This document shows, piece after piece, positions 1-12,000 of a stretch of 64,000 nt of DNA. Every line of letters begins with the position of its first letter. Position 1 is the first letter of the stretch. The position numbers and the translations under genes were made by a program. This stretch comes from Hydrogenophaga sp. (GTDB taxonomy: Bacteria; Pseudomonadota; Gammaproteobacteria; Burkholderiales; Burkholderiaceae_C), in the NCBI RefSeq assembly GCF_030158645.1, contig NZ_JAOASO010000144.1, positions 8,815 through 72,814 of the forward strand, given 5' to 3'. The notes beneath the pieces are model-generated. The model did no database searches, was not told where the DNA came from, and saw nothing but the letters and a program-made list of their open reading frames with translations.

Positions 1-551
1 GCATCTCCTTCAACCTGACCGACCGCGTGGTGGACCTGGTGCGCGAGGGCTACGACATGGCCCTGCGCATCGGCAACGTGATCGACCCCAACTTCGTGGC
101 CATCAAGCTCGCGACCAACCAGCGCGTGGTGTGCGGCACACCGGCCTACTTTCGCAAGCACGGCAAACCCAGAACGCTGGAGGACCTGAAGGCGCACAAC
201 TGCCTGGCCTTCAACCTGCAGGGCGGTCAGCAGCGTGGCTGGTATTTCTTGCAGGACGGCAAGACCGTGACCGTGCGCGCCGAGGGCAACCTGGACTGCA
301 ACGACGGCGAGCTGCTGCACCGCTGGGTCAGCGAGGGCCTGGGCCTGGGCTGGCGCAGCACCTGGGAGATCCAGCTGCAGCTGCAACGCGGTGAACTGGT
401 GACCGTGCTCGACGAATTCGCCCTGCCCGAGTACGACATCCTGGCGGTGTACCCGCAGCAGCGGCACCTGCCGGCCAAGGTGCGCTTCTTCATCGACCAC
501 CTGAAAAAGATATACGCCAAGCCCGGATACTGGCTGCGCGACACACCCTGA
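1..551 (+). CDS. LysR-family transcriptional regulator, C-terminal substrate-binding domain (5' end outside window)
   Basis: Open frame from window edge (ISFNLTDRVVDLVREGYDMALRIG); CrgA/DmlR-like effector domain ending HLPAKVRFFID. Confidence 0.9.
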   Translation, partial: ISFNLTDRVVDLVREGYDMALRIGNVIDPNFVAIKLATNQRVVCGTPAYFRKHGKPRTLEDLKAHNCLAFNLQGGQQRGWYFLQDGKTVTVRAEGNLDCNDGELLHRWVSEGLGLGWRSTWEIQLQLQRGELVTVLDEFALPEYDILAVYPQQRHLPAKVRFFIDHLKKIYAKPGYWLRDTP

Positions 552-641
552 CCGCGCTGCAACGCACACGGTCGTGAAAAGCACAACCGCCTGGCCAGTG
601 AACTGGCGCAGGCGGTTGCAGGTTGGATGCCGGCGAGGAAA

Positions 642-2231
642 TCAGGCGCGGGCCACACCGGTCTTGAACACCGCCACCGACTCCACCAGTTGCAGCGCTT
701 GCTGCTTGAGGCTGTCGGCCGCGGCGGCGCTTTGCTCCACCAAGGCGGCGTTCTGCTGTGTGCCCTGGTCCATGCGGGTGATGGCCTGACCGACCTGCGC
801 CACGCCCGAACTCTGCTCGGCGCTCGCGGCGCTGATCTCGCCCACGATGTCGCTCACGCGGCGGATCGAGGCGACCACTTCCTGCATGGTGGTGCCGGCC
901 TGGTCGACCAGCGCTGAACCCTGTTCGACGCGGTCCACGCTGGCGCCGATCAGACCCTTGATTTCCTTGGCGGCTTCGGCGCTGCGCTGGGCAAGGTTGC
1001 GCACCTCGCCAGCCACGACCGCAAAACCCCGGCCCTGTTCGCCCGCACGCGCCGCTTCCACGGCGGCGTTGAGCGCCAGGATGTTGGTCTGGAAAGCGAT
1101 GCCGTCGATGACACCGATGATGTCGCTGATCTTGCGGCTGCTCTCGTTGATGCCCTTCATCGTCTGCACCACGCGGCCCACCACCTCGCCACCCTGGATC
1201 GCCACGCTGGAGGCACTCTGGGCCAGCTGGCTGGCCTGGCGTGCGTTGTCGGCGTTGTGGCGCACGGTCGTGCCCAGCTGCTCCATGGTGGCCGCGGTTT
1301 CCTGCAGCTCGCTGGCCTGCTGCTCGGTGCGGGACGACAGGTCCTGGTTGCCCGAAGCGATCTCGCCACTGGCGTGCGACACGTAGTCGGAGCTGCGGCG
1401 CACATCGGTCACGGCCTTGGACAGACCTTCCTGCATGGTCTGCAACCAGGCCAGCAAGCTGTCGGTGTCGCCCTTCTTCAAGTAGATGGGTGTCGTCAGG
1501 TCGCCCTCGGCCACCGCGCGGGCAATGCTCACGGCCGTTCGCGGCTCACCACCGAGCTGCCGCAACATGTTGCGCGTGATCATCATCGACAGACCGATGC
1601 CGATCACCAGCGACAGGCCGATCAGCCCCATGACCGCAAACCGGGCCTGGTTGTAGACCGTGGTGACCAGCGTTGCAGAGGCTTCACCGCCGTCGTAGTT
1701 GTACTTGAGCAGCGCCGTCAGAGTCGTGATCACCTCGTCAAACGCCATGCTGGCCAGTCCGTCGGCAATATCGGCAGCGTCCACTTGCAGCTTGTCGCGA
1801 CCGAGCTTGATGACTTTTTCGTTGGCCTGCAGGTAGGCGGTCCAGGCGGTGGACAGCTTGTTGTTCAGCGCCGTCTCTTCCTCGCCCGACACGCGCCCCT
1901 GATAACCCGCGAACAAGGCCTGCAATGACTTGCCGGCCTCCTTCATCTTGTCTTCGTACTCGGCGTGGTAGCTGGTGTCGTCGGTGCGGCTGTGTTTGAC
2001 CTCGAACTCGCGGTACTCGATCGCCAGCGCGCGGGCGTCCGACAGGGCGCCCACGCCCTTGAGCCATTTCTGGGACAGCGCGATGGCTTCGCCATCCACG
2101 CTCTTCAGTCCCACCAGAGCGGTGGCGCCCAGAGCAGCCGTCAACACCAGGATGGACGCAAACGCGCCGAAGAGCTGCTGGCCCACCGTCAAACGACGTA
2201 GCCAGCCAAAGGGATTGGGAAGTTTTTTCAT
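642..2231 (-). CDS. Methyl-accepting chemotaxis protein with four-helix-bundle periplasmic sensor
   Basis: Two TM segments, HAMP-like LGGEP, signalling hairpin [30 protein letters not shown]. Confidence 0.95.
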   Translation of the reverse strand: MKKLPNPFGWLRRLTVGQQLFGAFASILVLTAALGATALVGLKSVDGEAIALSQKWLKGVGALSDARALAIEYREFEVKHSRTDDTSYHAEYEDKMKEAGKSLQALFAGYQGRVSGEEETALNNKLSTAWTAYLQANEKVIKLGRDKLQVDAADIADGLASMAFDEVITTLTALLKYNYDGGEASATLVTTVYNQARFAVMGLIGLSLVIGIGLSMMITRNMLRQLGGEPRTAVSIARAVAEGDLTTPIYLKKGDTDSLLAWLQTMQEGLSKAVTDVRRSSDYVSHASGEIASGNQDLSSRTEQQASELQETAATMEQLGTTVRHNADNARQASQLAQSASSVAIQGGEVVGRVVQTMKGINESSRKISDIIGVIDGIAFQTNILALNAAVEAARAGEQGRGFAVVAGEVRNLAQRSAEAAKEIKGLIGASVDRVEQGSALVDQAGTTMQEVVASIRRVSDIVGEISAASAEQSSGVAQVGQAITRMDQGTQQNAALVEQSAAAADSLKQQALQLVESVAVFKTGVARA

Positions 2232-2244
2232 CGCGCCACCGCCA

Positions 2245-2733
2245 TCACTTCTTGTGACCGATGTAGCTGGCGCCGATCACTTTGCCGCCGGCGTCCTTGA
2301 TCGGGTTGTAGCAGGCGTCAAAGGCGGTGCCGAGCACGTCGATGGGGCCGCAGAACTGCTGGCCCTTGCTCACGGAGTCATAGGCGGCGTTGCGGGCGAG
2401 CTGGGTGCCCACGCCGCGTTTGCCTTCGGGCGTGAGCACGTTGGTGCTGACGCGCACGAACTCGTCGCCTTCTTTCACGAACACGGTGGCGGTGGCCTGG
2501 TGGCTCTTGCGGATGCCGTCGACCACGTCGAAGTTGTTGTTGATCTTGCGCTCGCCGAAGAACAGGGCGGGCACGGTCTTGCCGGCGACGGTGTCGGTGC
2601 CCTCGACGCGCGGTGCACCGATCTTGGTCAGGCGACCGTCGAGGTCGGCGATGGTGGCCTTGGGGTCGTTGGCGTGGGCGAAGGAGGCAGAGACGGCCAG
2701 CGTGGCCAGCATGAGGGCGCGGTTCAGTTTCAT
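2245..2733 (-). CDS. Secreted stand-alone Cache (Cache_3/Cache_2-fusion type) domain protein
   Basis: Sec signal MKLNRALMLATLAVSASFAHA; Cache signature ATVFVKEGDEFVRVSTNV...GVGTQL...YNPIKDAGGKVIGASYIG; no TM or output domain. Confidence 0.85.
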   Translation of the reverse strand: MKLNRALMLATLAVSASFAHANDPKATIADLDGRLTKIGAPRVEGTDTVAGKTVPALFFGERKINNNFDVVDGIRKSHQATATVFVKEGDEFVRVSTNVLTPEGKRGVGTQLARNAAYDSVSKGQQFCGPIDVLGTAFDACYNPIKDAGGKVIGASYIGHKK

Positions 2734-2783
2734 GAGAACTCCATATGGGACAAGGTTGAAGGGCATCCGGCGGATGTAAGCCT

Positions 2784-2810
2784 GTATCGGTCGCAACCCG
2801 TCGGACTTGA
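2784..2810 (-). promoter_or_regulatory. Probable sigma28 (FliA) promoter for the Cache-MCP operon
   Basis: Minus strand TCAAG-N14-ACCGATAC versus consensus TCAAG/TAAAG-N14-GCCGATAA, 50 bp upstream of the ATG. Confidence 0.7.
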
Positions 2811-2899
2811 ATTCTCAAGAGCCTGTCACCGCCCAAAACCGTGATGAACCGGGCTTTGGCCACCCATTTCGGGCGCTCGGCGCCTCGCGCGCGGTTCGA

Positions 2900-3187
2900 T
2901 CACACCAGGGTGACCAGCGCCAACCAGCCCACCGAGGCCCAGCGCTGTACCGGGCTGACCGGCTGGCGCCACACCGCCCCCACGAGGAACAGGTTGTAAG
3001 GCAGCGGCGTGAAATGCACCGCGGCGGCCCACGCCATGTCGACGCCGGAAGCCGCCATGGCCAGCGCAATGCCCGTGGCCAGCACATTGATCAGCGTGCC
3101 CACCAGCACCATGTCGCGCCAGAACAGCACGCGCATGGGCACCTGGGCGCGCCAGCGGGCGCTGAAAAATCCGGTGGCGTCCGGCAT
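2900..3187 (-). CDS. Small membrane protein of unknown function
   Basis: About 3 hydrophobic segments; ATG overlaps the stop of the upstream esterase (ATGA). Confidence 0.7.
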   Translation of the reverse strand: MPDATGFFSARWRAQVPMRVLFWRDMVLVGTLINVLATGIALAMAASGVDMAWAAAVHFTPLPYNLFLVGAVWRQPVSPVQRWASVGWLALVTLV

Positions 3188-3879
3188 CAGCTTGCGGCCA
3201 GCACGCGCACCAGCCAGGTGTTGAGATCGGCCACCTCCTGTGGGCAGACTGAGTGCTCCATGGCATAGGTGTGCCACTCCACCGGGTAGCCCAGCGCCTT
3301 CAAGGCATCGCGCGATTCGGTGCCGCGCTGCACCACCACCACCGGGTCCTGGCTGCCGTGCGCCAGAAAGATGGGCACGTCGCGGTTCGCCTCGGTGCGC
3401 TCGGTGGCGGTGCTGGCCGCCAACGGCAGATACCCCGAGAGCCCCACCAGACCGGCCAGGCGTTGCGGCGCGCGCAGCCCGGCCATGAGCGTCATGGCAC
3501 AGCCTTGCGAAAAACCCATGAGCACGGTGCGCCCGGGCGGCACGCCCCGCGCGGCCTCCCGGTCCAGCAGGCCCTGCACCAGGGCGCAGGACTCGCGCAG
3601 ACCGGCCTCGTCTTCCCGGCGCGACTGGCCGATGGGTGGATGGATGTCGTACCAGGCGCGCATCTCGTAACCACCGTTGAGGGTGACCGGGCGCACCGGT
3701 GCCGTGGGGAACACAAAACGCACCGGGCCGATGGCGTCCAGATCGAGCTCTTGTGCGATCGGCACGAAGTCGTTGCCGTCGGCGCCCAGGCCGTGCAGCA
3801 CGACGATGCTGGCCACGGGCGTGGCCGCGGGGTTGCTGCCAGTGAAGAGTTCGAGGGTTTCAAGCGTGTGTGAGGTCAT
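3187..3879 (-). CDS. Phospholipase/carboxylesterase (alpha/beta hydrolase)
   Basis: LHGLGADG, GFSQG nucleophile elbow, HGSQDPVV, EHSV. Confidence 0.93.
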   Translation of the reverse strand: MTSHTLETLELFTGSNPAATPVASIVVLHGLGADGNDFVPIAQELDLDAIGPVRFVFPTAPVRPVTLNGGYEMRAWYDIHPPIGQSRREDEAGLRESCALVQGLLDREAARGVPPGRTVLMGFSQGCAMTLMAGLRAPQRLAGLVGLSGYLPLAASTATERTEANRDVPIFLAHGSQDPVVVVQRGTESRDALKALGYPVEWHTYAMEHSVCPQEVADLNTWLVRVLAAS

Positions 3880-3934
3880 GACCTGCAGCATAGCGGCTGC
3901 CTATGATGAAAGCCCTTCGCTCATCACCTCGACC

Positions 3935-4723
3935 ATGACACCCCACGCATTGCTCGACCACATCGACCAAGGCCGCCTCTGGCCTGAACCCTCCGGCCTC
4001 TCGCTCGACGCCGCTTACGCGCAAGCACTGGCGGTGCGCCAGCTGCGTATGGCGCGCGGCGAACAACCGCGCGGCTACAAGATCGGCTTCACCAACCGGA
4101 GCATCTGGCCACGCTACAACGTGTTCGCGCCCATCTGGGGCAGCGTGTGGGACAGCACGCTCACGGTGTGCGACGGTGAGGGCAGCGTGTCGCTGGCCCA
4201 CACCTGCCAGCCAAGGCTGGAGCCCGAGGTGGTGTTCGGCCTGAAAGCCACGCCCGCACCCGAGGCCACGCTCGACGGGATTTTTGCGGCCATCGACTGG
4301 GTGGCACCCGGCTTCGAGGTCGTTCAGTCGCACCTGCCGGACTGGAAGTTCTTGCCGCCCGACACGGTGGCCGATGGTGGATTGCACGCTCGCCTGCTGG
4401 TGGGCCGTCGCACGCCGGTGCGCGATCTCGCAAACGGCGCCGCAGCGCTGGACGAACTGCTCGCGCAAGCCCGCGTGAGCCTGCTCAAGGGCGGTGCGGT
4501 GGTGGAAGAAGGCCAGGGCTCGAACGTGCTGGACAGCCCGCTGCGCGCGCTGCTGCACTTCACACAGACCCTGCGCGACTGCCCCGGCGCGCCCGACCTG
4601 CAGGCCGGCGATGTGGTCACCACCGGGACATGGACCGATGCCTGGCCGGTAACGCCGGGTGAACACTGGACCGCCCGTTTCTCCTCACCGCTGCCCAGGC
4701 TTGACGTGACTTTCACGGGTTGA
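3935..4723 (+). CDS. 2-keto-4-pentenoate hydratase-like (FAA hydrolase superfamily)
   Basis: GYKIGFT, PRLEPEVVF, AGDVVTTGT motifs. Confidence 0.85.
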   Translation: MTPHALLDHIDQGRLWPEPSGLSLDAAYAQALAVRQLRMARGEQPRGYKIGFTNRSIWPRYNVFAPIWGSVWDSTLTVCDGEGSVSLAHTCQPRLEPEVVFGLKATPAPEATLDGIFAAIDWVAPGFEVVQSHLPDWKFLPPDTVADGGLHARLLVGRRTPVRDLANGAAALDELLAQARVSLLKGGAVVEEGQGSNVLDSPLRALLHFTQTLRDCPGAPDLQAGDVVTTGTWTDAWPVTPGEHWTARFSSPLPRLDVTFTG

Positions 4724-4814
4724 CCCGCGCCGGTGCTTGCAGGTGAAACCCTCTAAACACAAGGCTGGAGCCTTGGTAGATTCGTCCGACATACCCACAA
4801 CGGAGACCTTCTTC

Positions 4815-6506
<1,692 letters not shown>

Positions 6507-6518
6507 GGTCGGGCCGGT

Positions 6519-6992
6519 TCAACCGGCCTGCGTCAGGCGCTTGAGAACGCCATCGGCGCCCTGCTCGCACAGGCGCATCACCACCTCGAAACCCTCGGCG
6601 TTGCTGTAATAGGGGTCGGGCACTTCGAATGTGCCCGGTACACCGGCGTACTCCAGAAACAGGTGCAGCTTGTGCTGGTGCTCGGGGGGACAGACTCGCC
6701 GCAGGTTGGCCAGGTTGTCACGGTCCATGGCGAGGATGAGGTCAAACAGCTGGAAGTCCTCGTCCTTCACCTTGCGCGAGCGCTCGTTGAGGATGTGGTG
6801 GTAACCACGCGCCTGGGCGAGCGTGATGGCCCGGCGATCGGCCTTTTCGCCGCGGTGCGCGCCGTAAGTCCCAGCCGAGTCCAACACCACCCGGTCGTTC
6901 AGTTGGCGGCGCTGCACCTCGGCGTGCATCACGCTGGCGGCCATCGGCGAGCGGCAGATGTTGCCCATGCACACGAGAAGGATCTTGGTCAT
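6519..6992 (-). CDS. Low-molecular-weight protein-tyrosine phosphatase
   Basis: VCMGNICRSP P-loop; VPDPYY. Confidence 0.93.
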   Translation of the reverse strand: MTKILLVCMGNICRSPMAASVMHAEVQRRQLNDRVVLDSAGTYGAHRGEKADRRAITLAQARGYHHILNERSRKVKDEDFQLFDLILAMDRDNLANLRRVCPPEHQHKLHLFLEYAGVPGTFEVPDPYYSNAEGFEVVMRLCEQGADGVLKRLTQAG

Positions 6993-7038
6993 GCCACAAG
7001 GATAGCGAGCCGCGGTGGGCGCTGGCGGGCGGGCGCCG

Positions 7039-7069
7039 AAAAACAAAAAACCCGCCGGCGGCGGGTTTT
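7039..7069 (-). terminator. Rho-independent terminator downstream of hns
   Basis: Stem aaaacccgc/gcgggtttt followed by a U-run on the minus strand. Confidence 0.8.
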
Positions 7070-7088
7070 CGGGAGACCGGGGGTGGAC

Positions 7089-7394
7089 TCAGATCAGGTA
7101 GTCGTCAACGCTCTTGCCGGAGGCCAGCACGGCGCGCACCCACTCGGGCTTGCGGCCCGGGCCACCCGCCCACAGCTCGCCGTTGGGGCCGCGGTACTTC
7201 GGCGCAGCTGCCGATTTTGATTTGCCCGTCTTCTTGACGCCGGTCGAACCGCCAAGATCGGCCACCGAAATACCGAATTGCTTCATCTTGGCCTTGATAT
7301 CGGCGATCACAGAAGCGAGTTCGTCTTTGCGTGCCTGCTCGGCTTGCGCCATCAGGGTTTGGGCTTGCGCCATGAGTTCGGAATAGCTGGCCAT
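7089..7394 (-). CDS. hns: H-NS family nucleoid-associated protein
   Basis: N-terminal coiled coil, IKAKMKQFGISVADL, PKYRGPNGELW...GRKPEWV. Confidence 0.9.
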   Translation of the reverse strand: MASYSELMAQAQTLMAQAEQARKDELASVIADIKAKMKQFGISVADLGGSTGVKKTGKSKSAAAPKYRGPNGELWAGGPGRKPEWVRAVLASGKSVDDYLI

Positions 7395-7466
7395 TGTTGG
7401 CTCCTTATAGAGAAGTTGAATTCGATCGGAATGTGCCATGACAAACTGCCGATGCAGTGCCGCATT

Positions 7467-8471
7467 CTAATCGGCTTTTCTCGACCCACCGGCGGACCAC
7501 GGTTGGAGTTCGGCAGGCAACTCCGCTTTCAACTCCATCGGACTTCCGGTGACGGGGTGACTCAATCGCAGTCGCCAGGCGTGCAAAAACATGCGTTTCA
7601 ATCCGTTGCGCATCAATTGCCGGTTCAGTTCGAAATCGCCGTATTTGTCATCGCCTGCAATCGGATGACCCGCGCTGGCGAGGTGCACGCGGATCTGGTG
7701 GGTTCGCCCGGTCTTGATCGTCACCTCGAGAAGGCTCAGACCCTCGGGCAACTCGGCGCTCAAGCCGGCGGGCGCCGGAATTCGGGCGGCAACCTTCACC
7801 AAGGTCACCGAATGCATGCCGTCCGGGTCGTCCTTGGTTGTCACCTTCACGCGCCGCTCGCCATCGGCCAGCAGGTATTTGTGCAGGGGTTGATCGAGCA
7901 CCTTCAAACGCGCAGGCCATGCGCCTTTGACCAAGGCCAGATAGGTCTTGCCCGTCTCCCGCTCCCGAAATTGATCCTGCATTGCCTTGAGCGCACTCTT
8001 CTTTTTGGCAATCAGCAACAGGCCGCTCGTTTCCCGGTCCAGACGGTGCACCAATTCGAGCAATTTGGCATCCGGACGGGCTTGCCGCATCTGTTCGATC
8101 ACACCAAAACTCACGCCGCTGCCACCGTGCACCGCGACGCCGGCGGGTTTGTCGATGGCCAAAAAGGCGTCGTCCTCAAACACCACCGGGAATTGGCGCG
8201 CCGGGGCTGGATTCTGTTGTTTCTCTTCTGCGCGTTCGGACAGGCGAATCGGCGGAATCCGCAACACATCACCGGCTTGTACCCGGTCATCCGCCCCCAC
8301 ACGACCCTTGTTTCGGCGCACTTCACCCGAGCGGATGATGCGGTAGATGTGGGTCTTGGGAACGCCCTTGAGTTCCCGGATCAGGAAGTTGTCCAAGCGC
8401 TGACCGGCCGACTCGTCGTCCACCGTGAGGTGCCGAACGGCGGCGGCTGGGGAGGTTGGGAGCTGAGGCAA
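7467..8471 (-). CDS. rluC: 23S rRNA pseudouridine synthase C (start uncertain)
   Basis: S4 domain GQRLDNFL, VHRLDRETSG catalytic Asp, TGRTHQIRVH; divergent from rne. Confidence 0.92.
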   Translation of the reverse strand: MPQLPTSPAAAVRHLTVDDESAGQRLDNFLIRELKGVPKTHIYRIIRSGEVRRNKGRVGADDRVQAGDVLRIPPIRLSERAEEKQQNPAPARQFPVVFEDDAFLAIDKPAGVAVHGGSGVSFGVIEQMRQARPDAKLLELVHRLDRETSGLLLIAKKKSALKAMQDQFRERETGKTYLALVKGAWPARLKVLDQPLHKYLLADGERRVKVTTKDDPDGMHSVTLVKVAARIPAPAGLSAELPEGLSLLEVTIKTGRTHQIRVHLASAGHPIAGDDKYGDFELNRQLMRNGLKRMFLHAWRLRLSHPVTGSPMELKAELPAELQPWSAGGSRKAD

Positions 8472-9087
8472 GGGAAATCGAGGGGGAAAGCGAAGGGAAA
8501 TAGGACACCGGGGCGACGGTTGGCTGTCTATAATGCGTCACTCTCGTCGCGCGCCGTAAGTGATTGATTTGCCTTGAGTTTAAGGCACGCACTGAAGGCG
8601 CTGACCTCCCGGCTCGACAAAGCGGGAGCGCGTCGTGAGATGGTTGCCACCCGCAGCACCCGGCACCTCCCACCGCACCCTCGACCATGGTTCATGGCTT
8701 CCCGGTGCGGTCAAGGTCCGGTCGACGTTGCGGGCGAACCGGTTGATGAAAACAGCGAACCCGATTACGGAATACCCCAATCGATCAGCTTCCCACATGA
8801 AGCTGGTCGAGGACAAAGTGAACACAGAGATAACCCGGCCAGATCCATGTCGTTGACAGCCATCCAGCCTTCCCTGCTCACCCAACTCCGCGCGCCTACG
8901 CCCTGACCTGGCGGTTCGACGCGGCACCCCGGTGCCCGCCTGTGTCGAACGCCTTCCCCGAACCGCGGGTCAACGGCTCTCCGGCAATTCCTCCCCCGTT
9001 CGCTTTTTCCGCTGGTTCACGGCGAGTTGACGCCTGTGGCTCTCAAGCCCGGGCGTCCTTGTGTGTTTGAACGAAGGAAATCGCATC

Positions 9088-12000
9088 ATGAAACGCATGC
9101 TGATCAACGCCACGCAGGCCGAAGAGCGCCGGCTGGCCATTGTGGACGGGCAAAAACTGCTCGACTACGAAATCGAAATCGAAGGGCGCGAACAGCGCAA
9201 GGGCAACATCTACAAGGCCGTCGTCACCCGCGTCGAGCCGTCGCTGGAGGCCTGCTTCGTCGACTACGGCGAGGACCGCCACGGCTTCCTGCCGTTCAAG
9301 GAGATCTCCAAGCAGTTCTTCAAGGAAGGCGTGACCGTCCGCGACGCGAAGATCCAGGACGTGATCTCCAACGGCACCGAGCTGCTGGTGCAGGTCGAGA
9401 AGGAGGAGCGCGGCAACAAGGGCGCGGCGCTGACCACCTTCGTGAGCCTGGCCGGCCGCTACCTGGTGCTGATGCCCAACAACCCGCGCGGCGGCGGCGT
9501 GTCGCGCCGCATCGAGGGCGAGGACCGCGAGGAACTCAAGGAGAACCTCGACCAGCTCGAGTACCCCAAGGGCATGAGCCTGATCGCCCGCACCGCCGGC
9601 ATCGGCCGCAGCGCACCCGAGCTGCAGTGGGACCTGAACTACATGCTCAAGCTGTGGAGCGCCATCGACGGCGCGGCCAAGGCGGGCAAGGGCGCCTTCC
9701 TGATCTACCAGGAGTCGTCGCTGGTGATCCGCGCCATCCGCGACTACTTCACCGCCGATGTCGGCGAGATCCTGATCGACACCGACGACATCTACGACCA
9801 GGCGCAGCAGTTCATGACGCATGTGATGCCGGAGACGGCGTCGAAGGTCAAGCGCTACCGCGACGACGCGCCGCTGTTCAGCCGCTTCCAGATCGAGCAC
9901 CAGATCGAGTCGGCCTACGCCCGCACCGTGCAACTGCCCTCGGGCGGCGCCATCGTGATCGACCACACCGAAGCCTTGGTGTCGGTGGACGTGAACTCGG
10001 CCCGCGCCATCAAGGGCGGCGACATCGAAGACACCGCGACCCGCACCAACCTGGAAGCCGCCGACGAAGTGGCGCGCCAAGCCCGCCTGCGCGACCTGGG
10101 CGGCCTGATCGTGATCGACTTCATCGACATGGAAGAGTCGAAGAACCGCCGCGACGTGGAAAACCGCCTGCGCGACGCGCTGCGCCAGGACCGCGCCCGC
10201 GTGCAGTTCGGCGCCATCAGCAAGTTCGGCCTGCTGGAAATGAGCCGCCAGCGCCTCAAGCCCGCGCTGAACGAAGGTTCGTCCATCCCCTGCCCGCGCT
10301 GCGGTGGCTCGGGCCACATCCGCGACACCGAGTCGTCGGCGCTGCAGATCCTGCGCATCATCCAGGAAGAGTCGCTCAAGGACAGCACGGCCGCCGTGCT
10401 GGTGCAGGTGCCGGTTGAAGTGGCCAGCTTCCTGCTCAACGAGAAGCGCACCGAGATCACCAAGATCGAACTCAAGCAGCGCATCAACGTGCTGCTGGTG
10501 CCCAACAAGTCGCTGGACACGCCCAACTACAAACTCGAGCGCCTGAAGCACGACGACCCGCGCCTGGACAACCTGGACGCCAGCTACAAACTGGCCGATG
10601 AGCCGGACGAGGCCACCGGCTTCACCCGCCGCAGCCAGGAACGCACCAACAAGCAGGAACCGGTGATCAAGGGCGTGTTGCCCGACGGTCCCGCCCCTGT
10701 GGCGGCGCCCCGCCCCGAGGTGGTGGCCCCCGTGGCCGCGCCTGTGGCGGCCAAGCCGGTTGCAGCCCCGGTGGCCGCACCGGTGGCCGCTGCACCGGCT
10801 GAAAAAGGCTTCTTCGGCTGGCTCAAGAGCTTGTTTGGCGGTGCTGACGCCGCGCCAACCGTGGCCCCCAAACCCGCTGTGGCCGCACCCGCTGCCAAGC
10901 CCGGCGCGCGCGAAGAGCGTGCCGACGGCCGTGGGCCGCGTGAAGGTGGGCGTGAAGGCGGCCGCGAAGGTGGTCGTGATGGCCGCAGCCGCGGTGGGCG
11001 TGGCGGCGCCGAAGGTCGCGGTCAACGCGAAGGCGGTCGCGAAGGCGGCCGCGGTGGTCGTGATGGTGCGCGCGAAGGCCGTCCGGTGGAAGGCCGTGAG
11101 CCTCGCGCGGAAGGCCGTGTCGAAGGGCGCCCGGAGGGCCGTGCGGAAGGCAGGGGCGAAGGTCGCCGTGGCGAAGGCCGCGGTGAGCCGCGTGGCGAAG
11201 GCCGCAACGAGGCACGCGGCGAACCCCGCGCTGAGGGTCGCGGTGAAGGCCGTGGCGAACGGGGTGAAGGTCGCCGGGGCGATGGTCGCCGCGACAACCG
11301 CCGCGATGCCGCTCCAGTGGAGGGCGCAGCGCCAGCCGAACTGGTGAACGGCACGCCGGTCAACGCACCGGGCGAAACTTCCGAAGGCGGCGACAACCAG
11401 CGCCGGGGCCGTGGCGGACGGGGTGGCGAGAACCGCCGCCGCCCGGCCGAAGGCGCCGAAGGCCAGCCGCCGGTTGTTCAAAACGATGCGGTACCCGCTG
11501 CCCAGGACGCTGGCGACAGCGCCGAAGCACCCCGCGAAGGCGAGATGCCTGAAGGCGGCGACGGCGCACCACGCGCCCCGCGCGAACGCCGCAGCCGCGA
11601 CCGCTATGGCCGCGACCGCCGCGAGCGCGGCCCGCGCGAAGCCAACGGCGCCCCCGAGGGCGTCGAAGGCGAAGCCCCCGCGGAGGTGCCAGCGAGCGAA
11701 GCGGCCTTTGCGGCCGCCTCGCCAGCGTCGGTGGACGAAGCCCCCACGCGCAGCTACTTCAGCCTGCCGGTGGAAGCGACTGCGCCGGTGGTGAGCGAAG
11801 CCCCTGCGGCCGCACCCGCTCCGGTGGCAGCGCCCGTTGCGGCGCCCATGGCAGCGCCGGTGATGGAACAGGCCGCACAGGCCCCGGTGACGGCACCTGC
11901 CGCGATGGCGCCGGTGGCCGCACCGGCACCGGTTGCGGCACACGCCCCAGCCCCCCGCGCGCCTGCCCCGAAGACCGCTGCACCGGTGGTGACCGAAGCC

